This document shows positions 47,222 through 57,820 of a stretch of DNA of 64,000 bases, in pieces (position 1 is the first letter of the stretch; each line of letters opens with the position of its first letter). The DNA lies in contig OZ253470.1 in NCBI GenBank assembly GCA_965261735.1, forward strand, positions 1,376,001 through 1,440,000, given 5' to 3'. The notes below the pieces were generated by a model. That model did not search any database. It had not been told where the DNA came from and saw nothing but the letters and a program-made list of their open reading frames with translations. The position numbers and the translations under genes were made by a program. The DNA is from Alphaproteobacteria bacterium (lineage in GTDB: Bacteria > Pseudomonadota > Alphaproteobacteria > SHVV01).

Positions 47222-48628
47222 ATGGCCAAGCCACGCACGCTGTTCGACAAGATCTGGGACTCCCACCTGGTCGATACCCAAAAGGACGGGACCGCGCTGC
47301 TCTATATCGACCGTCACCTGGTACACGAGGTGACGAGCCCGCAGGCCTTCGAGGGACTGCGCGCCGCCGGGCGCGCCGTGCGCCGCCCCGATGCGACGCT
47401 CGCGGTCGCCGACCACAACGTGCCGACGACCGACCGCGCGCGCGGCATCGCCGATGCCGCGTCGCGGCTCCAGGTCGAAACGCTGACCGAGAACTGCACC
47501 GCCTTCGGCGTCGAGCTGTTCGCCATGGACGACGTGCGCCAAGGCATCGTCCACATCATCGGCCCCGAGCAGGGCTTCACCCTGCCCGGCACGACCATCG
47601 TCTGCGGCGACAGCCACACCGCCACCCACGGCGCCTTCGGCGCCTTCGCCATGGGCATCGGCACCTCGGAGGTCGAGCACGTGCTCGCGACCCAGACGCT
47701 GATCCTCAAGCGCCCCGCCAACATGCGCATCACGGTGGACGGCGCCCTGCCCTTCGGCGTCTCCGCCAAGGACGTGATCCTGGCCATCATCGGCGAGATC
47801 GGCATCGCCGGCGGCACCGGCCACACGATCGAGTACGCCGGCGAGGCTATCCGCGCGCTCGATATGGAGGCGCGGATGACGGTGTGCAACATGTCGATCG
47901 AAGCGGGCGCGCGGGCCGGGCTGGTGGCGCCCGACGAGAAGACCTACGCCTACCTCGAGGGGCGCCCCCGGGCGCCCCAAGGAGAGGCCTGGACTCAGGC
48001 CGTGGCGGCGTGGCGCACGCTGCCGTCGGACGAAGGTGCCGCCTACGACAAGGAGGTGCGCCTCGACGCCGCCGCGATCGCGCCACAGGTGACCTGGGGT
48101 ACGACGCCGGATGCCGTCTTGCCGATCACCGGGCGCGTGCCCGATCCGACCGAGGCCGCCGACCCGGCGCGGCGCGCGGCGCTCGAGCGCGCGCTCTCCT
48201 ACATGGGGCTGGCCGCAGGCACGCCGCTGCAGGAGATCGCGATCGACCGGGTCTTCATCGGCTCGTGCACCAACGGCCGGATCGAGGACCTGAGGGCGGC
48301 GGCCGCCGTCGTCCGCGGGCGCAAGGTGGCCGCGAGCGTCGGCGCCATGGTGGTGCCGGGATCGGGCCTGATCAAGCAGCAGGCCGAAGAGGAGGGCCTG
48401 GACCGGGTGTTCACCGAGGCCGGGTTCGAGTGGCGCGAGCCCGGATGCTCCATGTGCCTGGCCATGAATGCCGACAGGCTGGAGCCCGGCGAGCGCTGCG
48501 CCTCGACATCGAACCGCAACTTCGAGGGGCGCCAAGGCCAGGGCGGACGCACCCATCTGGTGAGCCCGACCATGGCTGCTGCCGCGGCTGTCAAGGGCCG
48601 CCTCGTCGACGTCCGCGAGCTCGGCTGA
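47222..48628 (+). CDS. leuC: 3-isopropylmalate dehydratase large subunit
   Basis: [40 protein letters not shown]. Confidence 0.97.
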   Translation: MAKPRTLFDKIWDSHLVDTQKDGTALLYIDRHLVHEVTSPQAFEGLRAAGRAVRRPDATLAVADHNVPTTDRARGIADAASRLQVETLTENCTAFGVELFAMDDVRQGIVHIIGPEQGFTLPGTTIVCGDSHTATHGAFGAFAMGIGTSEVEHVLATQTLILKRPANMRITVDGALPFGVSAKDVILAIIGEIGIAGGTGHTIEYAGEAIRALDMEARMTVCNMSIEAGARAGLVAPDEKTYAYLEGRPRAPQGEAWTQAVAAWRTLPSDEGAAYDKEVRLDAAAIAPQVTWGTTPDAVLPITGRVPDPTEAADPARRAALERALSYMGLAAGTPLQEIAIDRVFIGSCTNGRIEDLRAAAAVVRGRKVAASVGAMVVPGSGLIKQQAEEEGLDRVFTEAGFEWREPGCSMCLAMNADRLEPGERCASTSNRNFEGRQGQGGRTHLVSPTMAAAAAVKGRLVDVRELG

Positions 48629-48640
48629 GGAGAGCGCGAG

Positions 48641-49246
48641 ATGGAAAAGTTCACCGCCTTGTCGGGGATCGCCGCGCCGTTGCCGATCGTCAACCTCGAC
48701 ACCGACAAGATTATTCCCAAGCAATTCCTCAAGACGATCAAGCGCACCGGCCTCGGGCAGTTCCTGCTCCATGACCTGCGGCAAGACCCGGAAGGGCGCG
48801 AGCGCGCCGATTTCGTGCTCAACCGCGAGCCGTGGCGCGGCGCGCACCTGATGGTGGGGGGTGAGAATTTCGGCTGCGGGTCGAGCCGCGAGCATGCGCC
48901 ATGGGCGTTCCTCGACTTCGGCATCCGCTGCATCATCGCGCCGAGCTTTGCCGACATCTTCTACAACAACTGCTTCAAGAACGGCATCCTGCCGATCACG
49001 CTGGCGCAGGCCGAGGTCGACGCGCTGATGGCCGACGCCGAGCGCGGCGACGAACTCGCCGTCGATCTCGAGGCCCAGCGCATAACGCGCGCCGACGGCA
49101 GCACCATCGCGTTCGATGTCGAGCCCTTCCGCAAGCATTGCCTGCTCAACGGCCTCGACGACATCGCCCTCACGCTCGAGCGCGCCAGCGCCATCGATGC
49201 CTTCGAGGCCACCCAGAAGACGGCCCAGCCCTGGCTCTACGGCTAG
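48641..49246 (+). CDS. leuD: 3-isopropylmalate dehydratase small subunit
   Basis: [22 protein letters not shown]. Confidence 0.97.
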   Translation: MEKFTALSGIAAPLPIVNLDTDKIIPKQFLKTIKRTGLGQFLLHDLRQDPEGRERADFVLNREPWRGAHLMVGGENFGCGSSREHAPWAFLDFGIRCIIAPSFADIFYNNCFKNGILPITLAQAEVDALMADAERGDELAVDLEAQRITRADGSTIAFDVEPFRKHCLLNGLDDIALTLERASAIDAFEATQKTAQPWLYG

Positions 49247-49348
49247 CGGCGCCGACCCTAGCGTTTGCGCGGGACGTGGCCCGCACCCATTACTCCGGCC
49301 AACACATGAGCCGAGGTGAACGCGCTCGGGGCGGGTAGGAAGACGGAA

Positions 49349-50302
49349 ATGACGCGGTCCGAGGAGTCGAGCGACCGGGCGATCGCCCTGATCGGGGCGC
49401 CGACCGACGTCGGCGCCGGGGCGCGAGGCGGGTCGATGGGGCCCGAAGCGATGCGCGTCGCAGGGATCGAAGTCGCGCTCGGTCGGCTCGGCCGCCGGGT
49501 GCTCGACCTCGGCAACCTTTCGGGCCCGTCGAACCCCAACGGCGAGGGCGTGATCGAGGGCTACCGCCATCTCGAGGAGGTCACCCAATGGTGTCGGTCG
49601 GTCCGCGGTGCCGTTCAGGGGGCCTTGCGCCAGGGGCGTTTCCCGATCCTGCTCGGCGGAGACCATTCGCTCGCGATCGGCTCGGTCGCCGGCATCGCCG
49701 CGTATTGCGCCGAGCGCGAGGTGCCGCTGTCGGTCCTGTGGCTCGATGCCCACGCCGATTTCAACACGCCCGCCACCACGCTGTCGGGCAACCTCCACGG
49801 CATGCCCGTTGCGGTCCTCACCGGCGCCGGGCCGGCGCCGCTGACCACGCTCGGCCCGGCGCAGCCGATCATCGAGGCTGCGCGGATCATTCAACTCGGC
49901 GTGCGCTCGGTCGACCATGCCGAGAAGGCCCTGGTGATCGAGAGCGGGCTCGAGGTCAACGACATGCGGCTGATCGACGAGCGCGGCATGCGCAAGATCA
50001 TGGATGGCGTCCTCGGCCGCCTGGCCGGAATGGGCGGCCACGTTCACGTCAGCTTCGATGTCGATTTTCTCGATCGCTCGATCGCGCTGGGCGTTGCGAC
50101 GACGGTGGCGGGCGGGCCGACCTACCGCGAGGCCCAACTCTGCATGGAGATGATTTACGATTCCGGCCTCATGGGATCGCTCGATATCATGGAGCTCAAC
50201 CCCGCCTACGACGACGACAACCGGACCGCGCGTCTCGTGGTCGAGCTCGTCGAGAGCCTGTTCGGCGAACAGATCCTGAGCCGCCATCGCTTCACCCTCT
50301 AG
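49349..50302 (+). CDS. rocF: arginase
   Basis: GGDHS, DAHADFN, GNLHGMP, SFDVD, ELNP; upstream of ornithine aminotransferase. Confidence 0.9.
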   Translation: MTRSEESSDRAIALIGAPTDVGAGARGGSMGPEAMRVAGIEVALGRLGRRVLDLGNLSGPSNPNGEGVIEGYRHLEEVTQWCRSVRGAVQGALRQGRFPILLGGDHSLAIGSVAGIAAYCAEREVPLSVLWLDAHADFNTPATTLSGNLHGMPVAVLTGAGPAPLTTLGPAQPIIEAARIIQLGVRSVDHAEKALVIESGLEVNDMRLIDERGMRKIMDGVLGRLAGMGGHVHVSFDVDFLDRSIALGVATTVAGGPTYREAQLCMEMIYDSGLMGSLDIMELNPAYDDDNRTARLVVELVESLFGEQILSRHRFTL

Positions 50303-50317
50303 CGCGGGAAGCACGGA

Positions 50318-51193
50318 ATGACGCAGACGCAGCGCTCGGCCGACGAACTCATCGAGATCGAATCGCGGCTCGGCGCGCACAACTATCATCCCCTCGACGT
50401 GGTCCTGGTGCGCGGCGAGGGCGTCTGGGTATGGGACCTCGACGGCAATCGCTACATGGATTGCCTGTCCGCCTACTCGGCGGTCAATCAGGGACACGGA
50501 CACCCCAAGATCCGCGCCGCCCTGATCGAGCAGGCGAGCCGCCTGCCGCTGACCTCGCGCGCCTTTCGCAACGACCAGCTGCCGTTGTTCTATGAGGAGA
50601 TCTGCGCGCTCACCCGCTCGCACAAGGTGCTGCCCATGAACAGCGGCGCCGAGGCCGTGGAGACGGCCATCCAGACCGGCCTCGGGCGTACCGGCAAGCT
50701 GTTCGCCGAGGAGCACGACGGCATCGAGGCCGACGTCACCCTGGTCGGCAAGGCGCTGTCGGGCGGCTTCTACCCGATGTCCGCGGTCCTCTCCAATACC
50801 GAGGTCCTGGGCGTTCTCAAGCCGGGCGAGCACGGCAGCACGTTCGGCGGCAACCCGCTCGCCTGCGCTGTGGCGCGGGCGGCGCTGCGAGTGCTGGTCG
50901 AGGAGGGGCTGATCGACAACGCGGCGCAGCAGGGCGCCTATTTCCCGGCCGAGCTCGCCAAGCTCCGCACCAATCAGGTACGCGACGTGCGCGGCCGCGG
51001 GCTCATGATCGCGCTCGAGTTCCGTGCCGATGTCGGCGGCGCCCGGCGCGTGAGCGAGGCGTTCAGGAGCGCGGGCCTGCTGTGCAAGGAGACGCACGAG
51101 AACACGCTGCGCTTCGCGCCACCGCTGGTGATCGAGCGCGAACAGGTGGACTGGGCGTTCGAGGTCATCGATAGGGTGCTCAGAGCGGTATGA
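50318..51193 (+). pseudogene. rocD: ornithine aminotransferase with a large in-frame internal deletion
   Basis: [14 protein letters not shown] and [12 protein letters not shown] are fused directly to QTGLGRTG. The FHGRT, EPIQGE and DE segments of class III aminotransferases are absent; 291 aa. Confidence 0.88.
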
Positions 51194-51215
51194 GCACGGC
51201 CATGCGGGGTGAAGG

Positions 51216-52328
51216 ATGACGGCCAACAAGAAGCTGCTTTTGCTGCCGGGCGACGGCATCGGGCCCGAGGTGATGGGCGAGGTCAGGCGCGTCATCGACT
51301 GGCTCGCGGCGCGCCGCGCGCTCGACTTGGAGCTCGAGGAGGGCCTCGTCGGCGGTGCCTCCTACGATGCCCACGGGACGGCGCTTACCGAGGCGACACT
51401 AGCCACGGCGATGGCCGCGGACGCGGTGCTGTTCGGCGCCGTCGGCGGGCCGCGCTGGGAGCAGCTCGACTTCGACGACCAGCCCGAGCGCGGCCTGTTG
51501 CGGCTGCGCAAGGAGATGGGGCTGTTCGCCAACCTGCGCCCGGCCATCGTGTTCGAGGCGTTGGCCGAGGCCTCGACGCTCAAGAGCGAGATCGTCGCCG
51601 GGCTCGACCTCATGATCGTGCGCGAGCTCACCGGCGGCGTCTATTTCGGTGAGCCGCGCGGCATCGAGACTTTGCCCGACGGCACCCGACGCGGCGTCAA
51701 TACCCAGGTCTACACGACGCCCGAGATCGCGCGCGTCGCGCGCGTCGCCTTCGACCTCGCGGGCAAGCGGAGCGGCCGGCTGTGCTCGGTCGACAAGGCC
51801 AACGTCATGGAGAGCGGCCTGCTGTGGCGCCAGGAGGTCGAGCGCATCCACGGTCTCGACTATCCGGACATCGAGCTGTCGCACATGTACGCGGATAACT
51901 GCGCCATGCAGCTGGTGCGCGCGCCCAAGCAGTTCGACGTCATCGTCACCGACAATTTGTTCGGCGACATCCTGTCCGACTGCGCCTCCATGCTCACCGG
52001 CTCGCTCGGCATGCTGCCCTCGGCCTCGTTGGGTGCCGCGGACGCGACCGGGCGCCGCAAGGCGCTATACGAGCCGGTGCATGGCAGCGCCCCCGACATC
52101 GCCGGCCAGGGCATCGCCAACCCGCTCGCCTGCATCCTCAGTCTAGCGATGATGCTGCGCTACTCGTTCGACCTTGACGCCGAGGCGCGCCTGATCGAAA
52201 ACTCGGTCGCCGACGTCCTCGGCCAGGGCATCCGGACCGCCGACATCATACAGGATGGCAAGGAGCGGGCCTCGACCGAGGCCATGGGCGCCGCCCTCCT
52301 CTCGGCGCTGGATGCGCGGGCCGGATAA
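51216..52328 (+). CDS. leuB: 3-isopropylmalate dehydrogenase
   Basis: [38 protein letters not shown]. Confidence 0.97.
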   Translation: MTANKKLLLLPGDGIGPEVMGEVRRVIDWLAARRALDLELEEGLVGGASYDAHGTALTEATLATAMAADAVLFGAVGGPRWEQLDFDDQPERGLLRLRKEMGLFANLRPAIVFEALAEASTLKSEIVAGLDLMIVRELTGGVYFGEPRGIETLPDGTRRGVNTQVYTTPEIARVARVAFDLAGKRSGRLCSVDKANVMESGLLWRQEVERIHGLDYPDIELSHMYADNCAMQLVRAPKQFDVIVTDNLFGDILSDCASMLTGSLGMLPSASLGAADATGRRKALYEPVHGSAPDIAGQGIANPLACILSLAMMLRYSFDLDAEARLIENSVADVLGQGIRTADIIQDGKERASTEAMGAALLSALDARAG

Positions 52329-52410
52329 TGATGCGGCCAGGCCAACTTCCCGTTGACGAAAGGGGTTTCAATCGCCTACTTTGACGATAGTTCGCCAAAG
52401 GAGACCGTAA

Positions 52411-53595
52411 GTGCTGCGAAAACTGGCGATGGAGAACTTCTACTCTATCGCCGACCGCCAGGAGCTGGATTTTTCGGTCGCCCGCAACGCGACCGACCCT
52501 GACGGCCGATTCGCCCAGCCGATACCGTCGTCCCCGGAGCGCTACCCGAAGGTCATTGCTCTCTTCGGCGCCAACGCGTCGGGCAAGACCAACGTGCTAC
52601 GGCCAATCAACTTTCTGGTTCGATTCGCACGCGAGTCCGCCTCTTGGGGTCCGGACCAACAGCTTCCCTACCTGCCGTTCCTTAGCCAAGAATGGAACCA
52701 CAAGCCGACCTTTCTGAGCGTCGAACTCGACGGTGCGCTACTCGATTGGCCACAACGGGCTGCCTTCTACTACGAGCTGCAGATAACGGATGGGAGGCGC
52801 ACGATTGCGCGGGAAGACCTGTCCTATCGCCCCGCCGGCGGACGGCGGCGTTATCTATTCCGCCGGCGCAAAGATAAGGTCGATGCGGCGCCCGACTTCC
52901 GGCTTCCCAAGCGAGACCCCGTCAGAGGAAAAATAAGAAGCACCGCGAGCGTCATATCCACGTTGGCCCAATTCAATCATGATTTTTCCATGAAACTGTT
53001 TAAGGGCCTTGAGGCCATCCAAACGAACGTCGGGCCTCTCGACAAATTGGAGCTGCCACCTGAGATCGCGACCAACTACTATTCTAAAGATTCTGACGCC
53101 CTGGAAGGATTAGCCCGCATTATCGCAAAGTTCGACTTGGGAATCGAGCGCGTAACCGTGGAACAGACTAGTCAAGGTCAGCAGCCACGCTTTCACCACC
53201 CGGGCCTGGACATGCCAATCATGCTCGAAACCGAATCGCAGGGGACGCAGCGTATTTACAGCGAGTTTCCGCGCCTCTACTACGTGCTCAAGGTTGGCGG
53301 CGTTGCCGTCCTCGATGAGCTCGACAACGACATTCATTCCAACCTACTTCCCGAAATTGTTGGCCTATTCCAAGATTCGAAAACAAACCCGCACGCCGCC
53401 CAACTCGTCATGGCTAGTCACAATGCGACATTGCTTGAGCACTTGGTGAAGGAGGAAGTTTATTTCGCCGAGAAAGATGAAGCGGGCAAGACCCATCTAT
53501 ACGGCTTGGCCGACGTGAAGGGTGTGCGGCGTGATGAGAACATTTACGCCAAATACCTCGCCGGCGCCTACGGCGCGGTACCTCGTCCCGCGTGA
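52411..53595 (+). CDS. AAA_21 / RloA-like ATPase
   Basis: ENFYSI, Walker A GANASGKTN, ESQGT, VLDELD, SHN, YLAGAYGAVP; lower GC than the flanks. Confidence 0.85.
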   Translation: MLRKLAMENFYSIADRQELDFSVARNATDPDGRFAQPIPSSPERYPKVIALFGANASGKTNVLRPINFLVRFARESASWGPDQQLPYLPFLSQEWNHKPTFLSVELDGALLDWPQRAAFYYELQITDGRRTIAREDLSYRPAGGRRRYLFRRRKDKVDAAPDFRLPKRDPVRGKIRSTASVISTLAQFNHDFSMKLFKGLEAIQTNVGPLDKLELPPEIATNYYSKDSDALEGLARIIAKFDLGIERVTVEQTSQGQQPRFHHPGLDMPIMLETESQGTQRIYSEFPRLYYVLKVGGVAVLDELDNDIHSNLLPEIVGLFQDSKTNPHAAQLVMASHNATLLEHLVKEEVYFAEKDEAGKTHLYGLADVKGVRRDENIYAKYLAGAYGAVPRPA

Positions 53596-53601
53596 TTTTC
53601 G

Positions 53602-54168
53602 GTGCCGCGACGCGCGCCCCACATACCAAGAAAACGGGTCGTGTTTCTTGGCTGTGAGGGTCTGAGTGAACATGGATACGGAAACTGGCTCAACCGGCTC
53701 GCGGGCCGCCGCGGCGTTGCGGTAGCGATAAGAGCGGAAAACCTGCGCGGCGGAGACCCTTTGGACGTTGTAGAGAGCGCCGTCGGAAAGCTCCGGCAGG
53801 CCAGGCGCTCCGGAAGGAAGTACGACCATCGCGCCATTCTGCTCGACAACGACCTTCTCGGAAGTAACCCGACACGGGACAGTAGCGCTCGGCAGCTTGC
53901 GGCGAGCAATAACGTCCGGCTCATCTTTCAGAGTCCAACCCACGAAGGTTTCCTGGTTCGGCATTTTCCGGGTCAGGAAACACGACAACCCCCTAACGTG
54001 GCTGCCGCGGAGATTCTGTTGCGCTCGGTATGGCCCAACTACGAAAAAGGAATTGACGCCATCGGCTACGAGAAGACGCTCACCCTGGAGCACCTCAGGA
54101 GAGCGCGTATCGTGGAGCCCGAGTTCGACGCGTTTCTCACCTCGATCGGGTGGCCACGAGGCGCTTGA
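53602..54168 (+). CDS. RloB-like (TOPRIM-related) protein
   Basis: FLGCEGLSEHGY, LLDND, QSPTHEGFLVRHF; directly after the AAA_21 ATPase. Confidence 0.78.
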   Translation: MPRRAPHIPRKRVVFLGCEGLSEHGYGNWLNRLAGRRGVAVAIRAENLRGGDPLDVVESAVGKLRQARRSGRKYDHRAILLDNDLLGSNPTRDSSARQLAASNNVRLIFQSPTHEGFLVRHFPGQETRQPPNVAAAEILLRSVWPNYEKGIDAIGYEKTLTLEHLRRARIVEPEFDAFLTSIGWPRGA

Positions 54169-54240
54169 TCCCTACCCTCGCCAACGATATCTCTGAGCCA
54201 TCGTCGCTCGTTTGACGATATCACAGGAGTGGATGCGAAA

Positions 54241-55263
54241 ATGGGTTATAGGGTTGCGGTGGTGGGGGCCACGGGGGCCGTGGGGCGCGAGATAATCAAT
54301 ATCCTCGCCGAGCGCGAGTTTCCCGCCGACGAGGTGGTCGCGCTCGCGTCGAGCCGCTCGCTCGGCAAGGAGGTCGGCCTGGGCGAGAAGACGCTCAAGG
54401 TGCGCACCCTCGAGGGCTTCGATTTCGCCGGCATCGACATCGCGCTGTTCGCCGCCGGCGGCGCCGTCGCGAAGGCCCAAGGTCCGCGGGCCGCCAAGGC
54501 CGGCGCGGTCGTCATCGACAACAGCTCGACCTTTCGCATGGAGCCCGACGTGCCGCTGGTGGTGCCGGAGGTCAATGCGCCCGCGCTCGCCAAATACGCC
54601 AAGCGCCGCATCATCGCCAACCCCAACTGTTCGACCGCGCAGCTCGTCGTCGCGCTCAAGCCGCTGCACGATGCCGCCAAGATCAAGCGCGTCGTGCTCG
54701 CCACCTACCAGTCGGTGTCGGGCGCCGGCAACGCGGCGATGGACGAGCTGTTCAGCCAGACCAAGGCGATCTTCGTCAGCGATCCGATCGCGCCGGACAA
54801 GTTCACCAAGCAGATCGCCTTCAATGTCATCCCCCATATCGACGTGTTCGAGAAGGACGGCGCGACCCGCGAGGAATCGAAGATCGTCAGGGAGACGAAG
54901 AAGATTCTCGATCCCGATATCAAGCTCAGCGTGACGTGCGTGCGGGTGCCCGTGTTCGTGGGCCATTCCGAGGCGGTCAACATCGAGTTCGCCAAGCCGC
55001 TCCGCGCCGCCGCGGCCCGCGAAATCCTGCGCCAGGCGCCCGGCGTGATGGTCGTCGACAAGCGTGAGGACGGCGGCTATGTGACGCCCGTCGATTGCGT
55101 CGGCGAGTACGCGACCTATGTCAGCCGCATTCGCGAGGATTCGAGCGTCAAGAATGGCCTCAGCCTGTGGGTGGTGTCGGACAACCTGCGCAAGGGGGCG
55201 GCGCTCAACGCGGTGCAGATCGCCGAAGCGCTCATCAACCGTTACCTCGAGAAGGCGGCCTGA
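54241..55263 (+). CDS. asd: aspartate-semialdehyde dehydrogenase
   Basis: VVGATGAVG, DNSSTFRM, ANPNCST, YQSVSGAG, DNLRKGAALN. Confidence 0.97.
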   Translation: MGYRVAVVGATGAVGREIINILAEREFPADEVVALASSRSLGKEVGLGEKTLKVRTLEGFDFAGIDIALFAAGGAVAKAQGPRAAKAGAVVIDNSSTFRMEPDVPLVVPEVNAPALAKYAKRRIIANPNCSTAQLVVALKPLHDAAKIKRVVLATYQSVSGAGNAAMDELFSQTKAIFVSDPIAPDKFTKQIAFNVIPHIDVFEKDGATREESKIVRETKKILDPDIKLSVTCVRVPVFVGHSEAVNIEFAKPLRAAAAREILRQAPGVMVVDKREDGGYVTPVDCVGEYATYVSRIREDSSVKNGLSLWVVSDNLRKGAALNAVQIAEALINRYLEKAA

Positions 55264-55391
55264 GGCGCGCCCGCAGCCACTGCGGCTCACGCGAGAGTGA
55301 ACGCCGTTGATTGGTGTTTGCGCCGACGCCGGCTGACAATGGCGCCGCGTCGGGCTCGCCAGGGGCGGGCTTGCAGCGGGAGTGAACGAGG

Positions 55392-55811
55392 ATGTTGAGA
55401 CTTCTCCTGGCCACCGTGCTAGCTGCGTCGCTGGCCACGGGCACCAGTGCCGCGCCCAAGCGCATCACGGTCACCGGCGAAATCATCGATACCTGGTGCT
55501 ACGTCACCGAGATCATGTTCGCGCTCGGCACGGCGCACCACCAATGCGCGGTGTGGTGCGCGGTCGGCGGTATCCCGGTCAGCATTCGTGACGCCGACGA
55601 CAATGTTTATCTCGTGCTCAAGGTCGAGGATGACGACACCAACGTCGCCAACCCGCGCATCATCAAGATCCAGACCCATCAGGTGAGCGTCGATGGCGAC
55701 CTCTACGAGCGCGACGGGGTGAAGTACCTGATCGTCACGAAGGTTGCCGACGACCAGGGCATCGTCAACCTCACCCACGAGGAATACGGCATTCAGCCGT
55801 TCGGAGACTGA
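55392..55811 (+). CDS. exported hypothetical protein with DxxC and HHxCxxxC motifs
   Basis: Signal peptide; TGEIIDTWCY..GTAHHQCAVWCAVGGIPV; GAGG RBS. Confidence 0.75.
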   Translation: MLRLLLATVLAASLATGTSAAPKRITVTGEIIDTWCYVTEIMFALGTAHHQCAVWCAVGGIPVSIRDADDNVYLVLKVEDDDTNVANPRIIKIQTHQVSVDGDLYERDGVKYLIVTKVADDQGIVNLTHEEYGIQPFGD

Positions 55812-55814
55812 GCC

Positions 55815-56336
55815 ATGCGCCTTATCGCAAGCCTGCTCGCCTTCGCACTCCTTTCCGGCCCGGCCCTCGCCGCCGACAGTTGGGACATCGAGCACGAATC
55901 CAAGGCGCGCTTCGAGGCCAAGGTCGTCGACATCCTGTGCGAGCTCACCGGCGACTGCCCGGCCGACTGCGGCGCCGGCAAGCGTCAGCTCGGGCTCTTG
56001 CGCGACGACGGCAAGCTGGTCGTTGCGGTCAAGAATTACGATCCCTTCGCCGGCGCCGTGAACGACTTAGTGAGCTTCTGCGGCAAGCGGGTCGTGGCCG
56101 ATGGACTGATGATCGACGACCCGCAGATGCCGGTGTTCGCCCTGCAGTTCAAACGCCTGGCGCCCGACGGCAAGTGGAGCCGCGCCAACTGGTTTGGCAA
56201 GGATTGGGCGCGCAACCACCACCTCGACGCCGGCGATGCGATGGCCGGCCAGTGGTTCCGCCATGACGAAACGGTCAAGACACTGATCGAGGCGGACGGG
56301 GTGTTCGGCATCCCCGGTCTCAAGGCCGAAGAGTAG
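55815..56336 (+). CDS. exported hypothetical protein with DxxC and CxxxC motifs
   Basis: Signal peptide; KVVDILCELTGDCPADCGAG; starts 3 nt after the previous stop. Confidence 0.75.
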   Translation: MRLIASLLAFALLSGPALAADSWDIEHESKARFEAKVVDILCELTGDCPADCGAGKRQLGLLRDDGKLVVAVKNYDPFAGAVNDLVSFCGKRVVADGLMIDDPQMPVFALQFKRLAPDGKWSRANWFGKDWARNHHLDAGDAMAGQWFRHDETVKTLIEADGVFGIPGLKAEE

Positions 56337-56357
56337 GTCCGCCTCCGGGCGGATTCG

Positions 56358-56963
56358 ATGCTCCGACCCCTCTTGCCGCTCGCCCTGGTAGCCGCGATGG
56401 TGGCCACCCTGACCGGCGGCGCCCCGGCCCACGCGGCAGCGCCGCCGCCGCCGCTACCCGCATCGCTCGGGCCGATCAGCTTCGGCGGCCCCTTCACGCT
56501 CGTCGATCATACCGGGGCGCCGCGGACCGACCGCGACTTCCACGGCCGATTCATGCTGGTGTTCTTCGGCTACACCAACTGCCCCGACATCTGCCCCACC
56601 GGGCTCACCACGATGGCCGCCGCGCTCGATGCGCTCGGCGCCCGTGCGGCTCAGGTTCAGCCGCTATTCATCACCGTCGATCCCGAGCGCGACACGGAAG
56701 TCCTGGCCGACTATGTCGCCCACTTCCACCCCCGGCTCGTCGGCCTCAGCGGAAGCCAAGCGCAAGTGGGCGCCGCCGTGCGCGCCTACCGGGTGCACCG
56801 CGGCAAGGTGGTGACCTCCGCGGACGCGGGCGCCGACGACTATCTCGTCACGCACTCCTCGCTCACCTTCCTGATGGACCCGGACGGCGCCTTCCTCACC
56901 CTATTCCCGCACGGCACGACGGCACCCGCCATGGCCACCGCCATCGGTAATTACTTGCACTGA
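56358..56963 (+). CDS. SCO1/SenC family copper chaperone
   Basis: GGPFTLVD, FGYTNCPDICP, TVDPERD, conserved His in VTHSS. Confidence 0.92.
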   Translation: MLRPLLPLALVAAMVATLTGGAPAHAAAPPPPLPASLGPISFGGPFTLVDHTGAPRTDRDFHGRFMLVFFGYTNCPDICPTGLTTMAAALDALGARAAQVQPLFITVDPERDTEVLADYVAHFHPRLVGLSGSQAQVGAAVRAYRVHRGKVVTSADAGADDYLVTHSSLTFLMDPDGAFLTLFPHGTTAPAMATAIGNYLH

Positions 56964-56968
56964 CGCGC

Positions 56969-57820
56969 CTAGCCGACGCGCTCGGCCGTGAAGCGCCGGG
57001 TTAGCGCAACGATCTCCTCCTGGGCATCGACGATGGCGAGCTCCCTGCCACCGCCTGCGACGCTCGCAGCGAGCACGCCGTAGGTGCCCGAGACCGCGCG
57101 CGATAGCGCATCCGCGACCTCGTGGTGCACCAGGTAGTTGCCGAGAAACAGCGCGGCGAAGAGGTCGCCGGCGCCGTAGAGCTCGCCGTCGAGCCGGGGC
57201 GTCCTCACGCGCCAGGCGCCGCGTCCGCTCACGGCCAGCGTATCGAGGGCGCCGGGCGCGTGGTCCCCGGGCTCCAGCGAGGTGACGACGACGAGGCCGG
57301 GTCCGGCGGCGCGAACCGCCTGGCACGCGGCGAGTGCGTCCTCGAGGCCCTCGATGCGCCGGCCGCTGAGGTACTCGAGCTCGACCTGGTTGGGCGTCAC
57401 GATATCGGCTGCCGGCACCGCCTCGGCGCGCATGAATTCGGCGATCTCGCGGGCGACGAAAAAGCCCTGCCCCTCATGGGCCATGACCGGATCGCAGCAA
57501 TAGAGCGCGCTCACGCTCGAGCTGCGCACATGGGCGACCGCATCGAGGACGACGGCGCCCTGGCCGCCCGAGCCGAGATAGCCCGACAGCATCGCATCGC
57601 ACGCCGCCAGCGCGCCGCGCGCGGCGACGCCGGTAATGAGCGCCGCCAGCTCCGCGTCCTCGGCCACGCGGCCCTCGAAGCTCCCGTAGGCGGGGTGGTT
57701 CGAGTAGGCGACGGTGGCGACCGGCCATACCTCGTGGCCGAGCCGCCACAGCGGCAGCAGGCCGGCGCCGAGGCCGACATGGCCGTAGGCGACGTGGGAC
57801 TGGATGGCGAGGATGTTCAC
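56969..57820 (-). CDS. pdxY: pyridoxal kinase
   Basis: IQSHVAYGHVG, SGYLG, CDPVM, TPNQVEL, GAGDLF. Confidence 0.9.
   Translation of the reverse strand: MNILAIQSHVAYGHVGLGAGLLPLWRLGHEVWPVATVAYSNHPAYGSFEGRVAEDAELAALITGVAARGALAACDAMLSGYLGSGGQGAVVLDAVAHVRSSSVSALYCCDPVMAHEGQGFFVAREIAEFMRAEAVPAADIVTPNQVELEYLSGRRIEGLEDALAACQAVRAAGPGLVVVTSLEPGDHAPGALDTLAVSGRGAWRVRTPRLDGELYGAGDLFAALFLGNYLVHHEVADALSRAVSGTYGVLAASVAGGGRELAIVDAQEEIVALTRRFTAERVG

Noticed and set aside
47123-51295. 1390-aa minus-strand ORF
   Set aside because: Antisense shadow across leuC, leuD, rocF and rocD.
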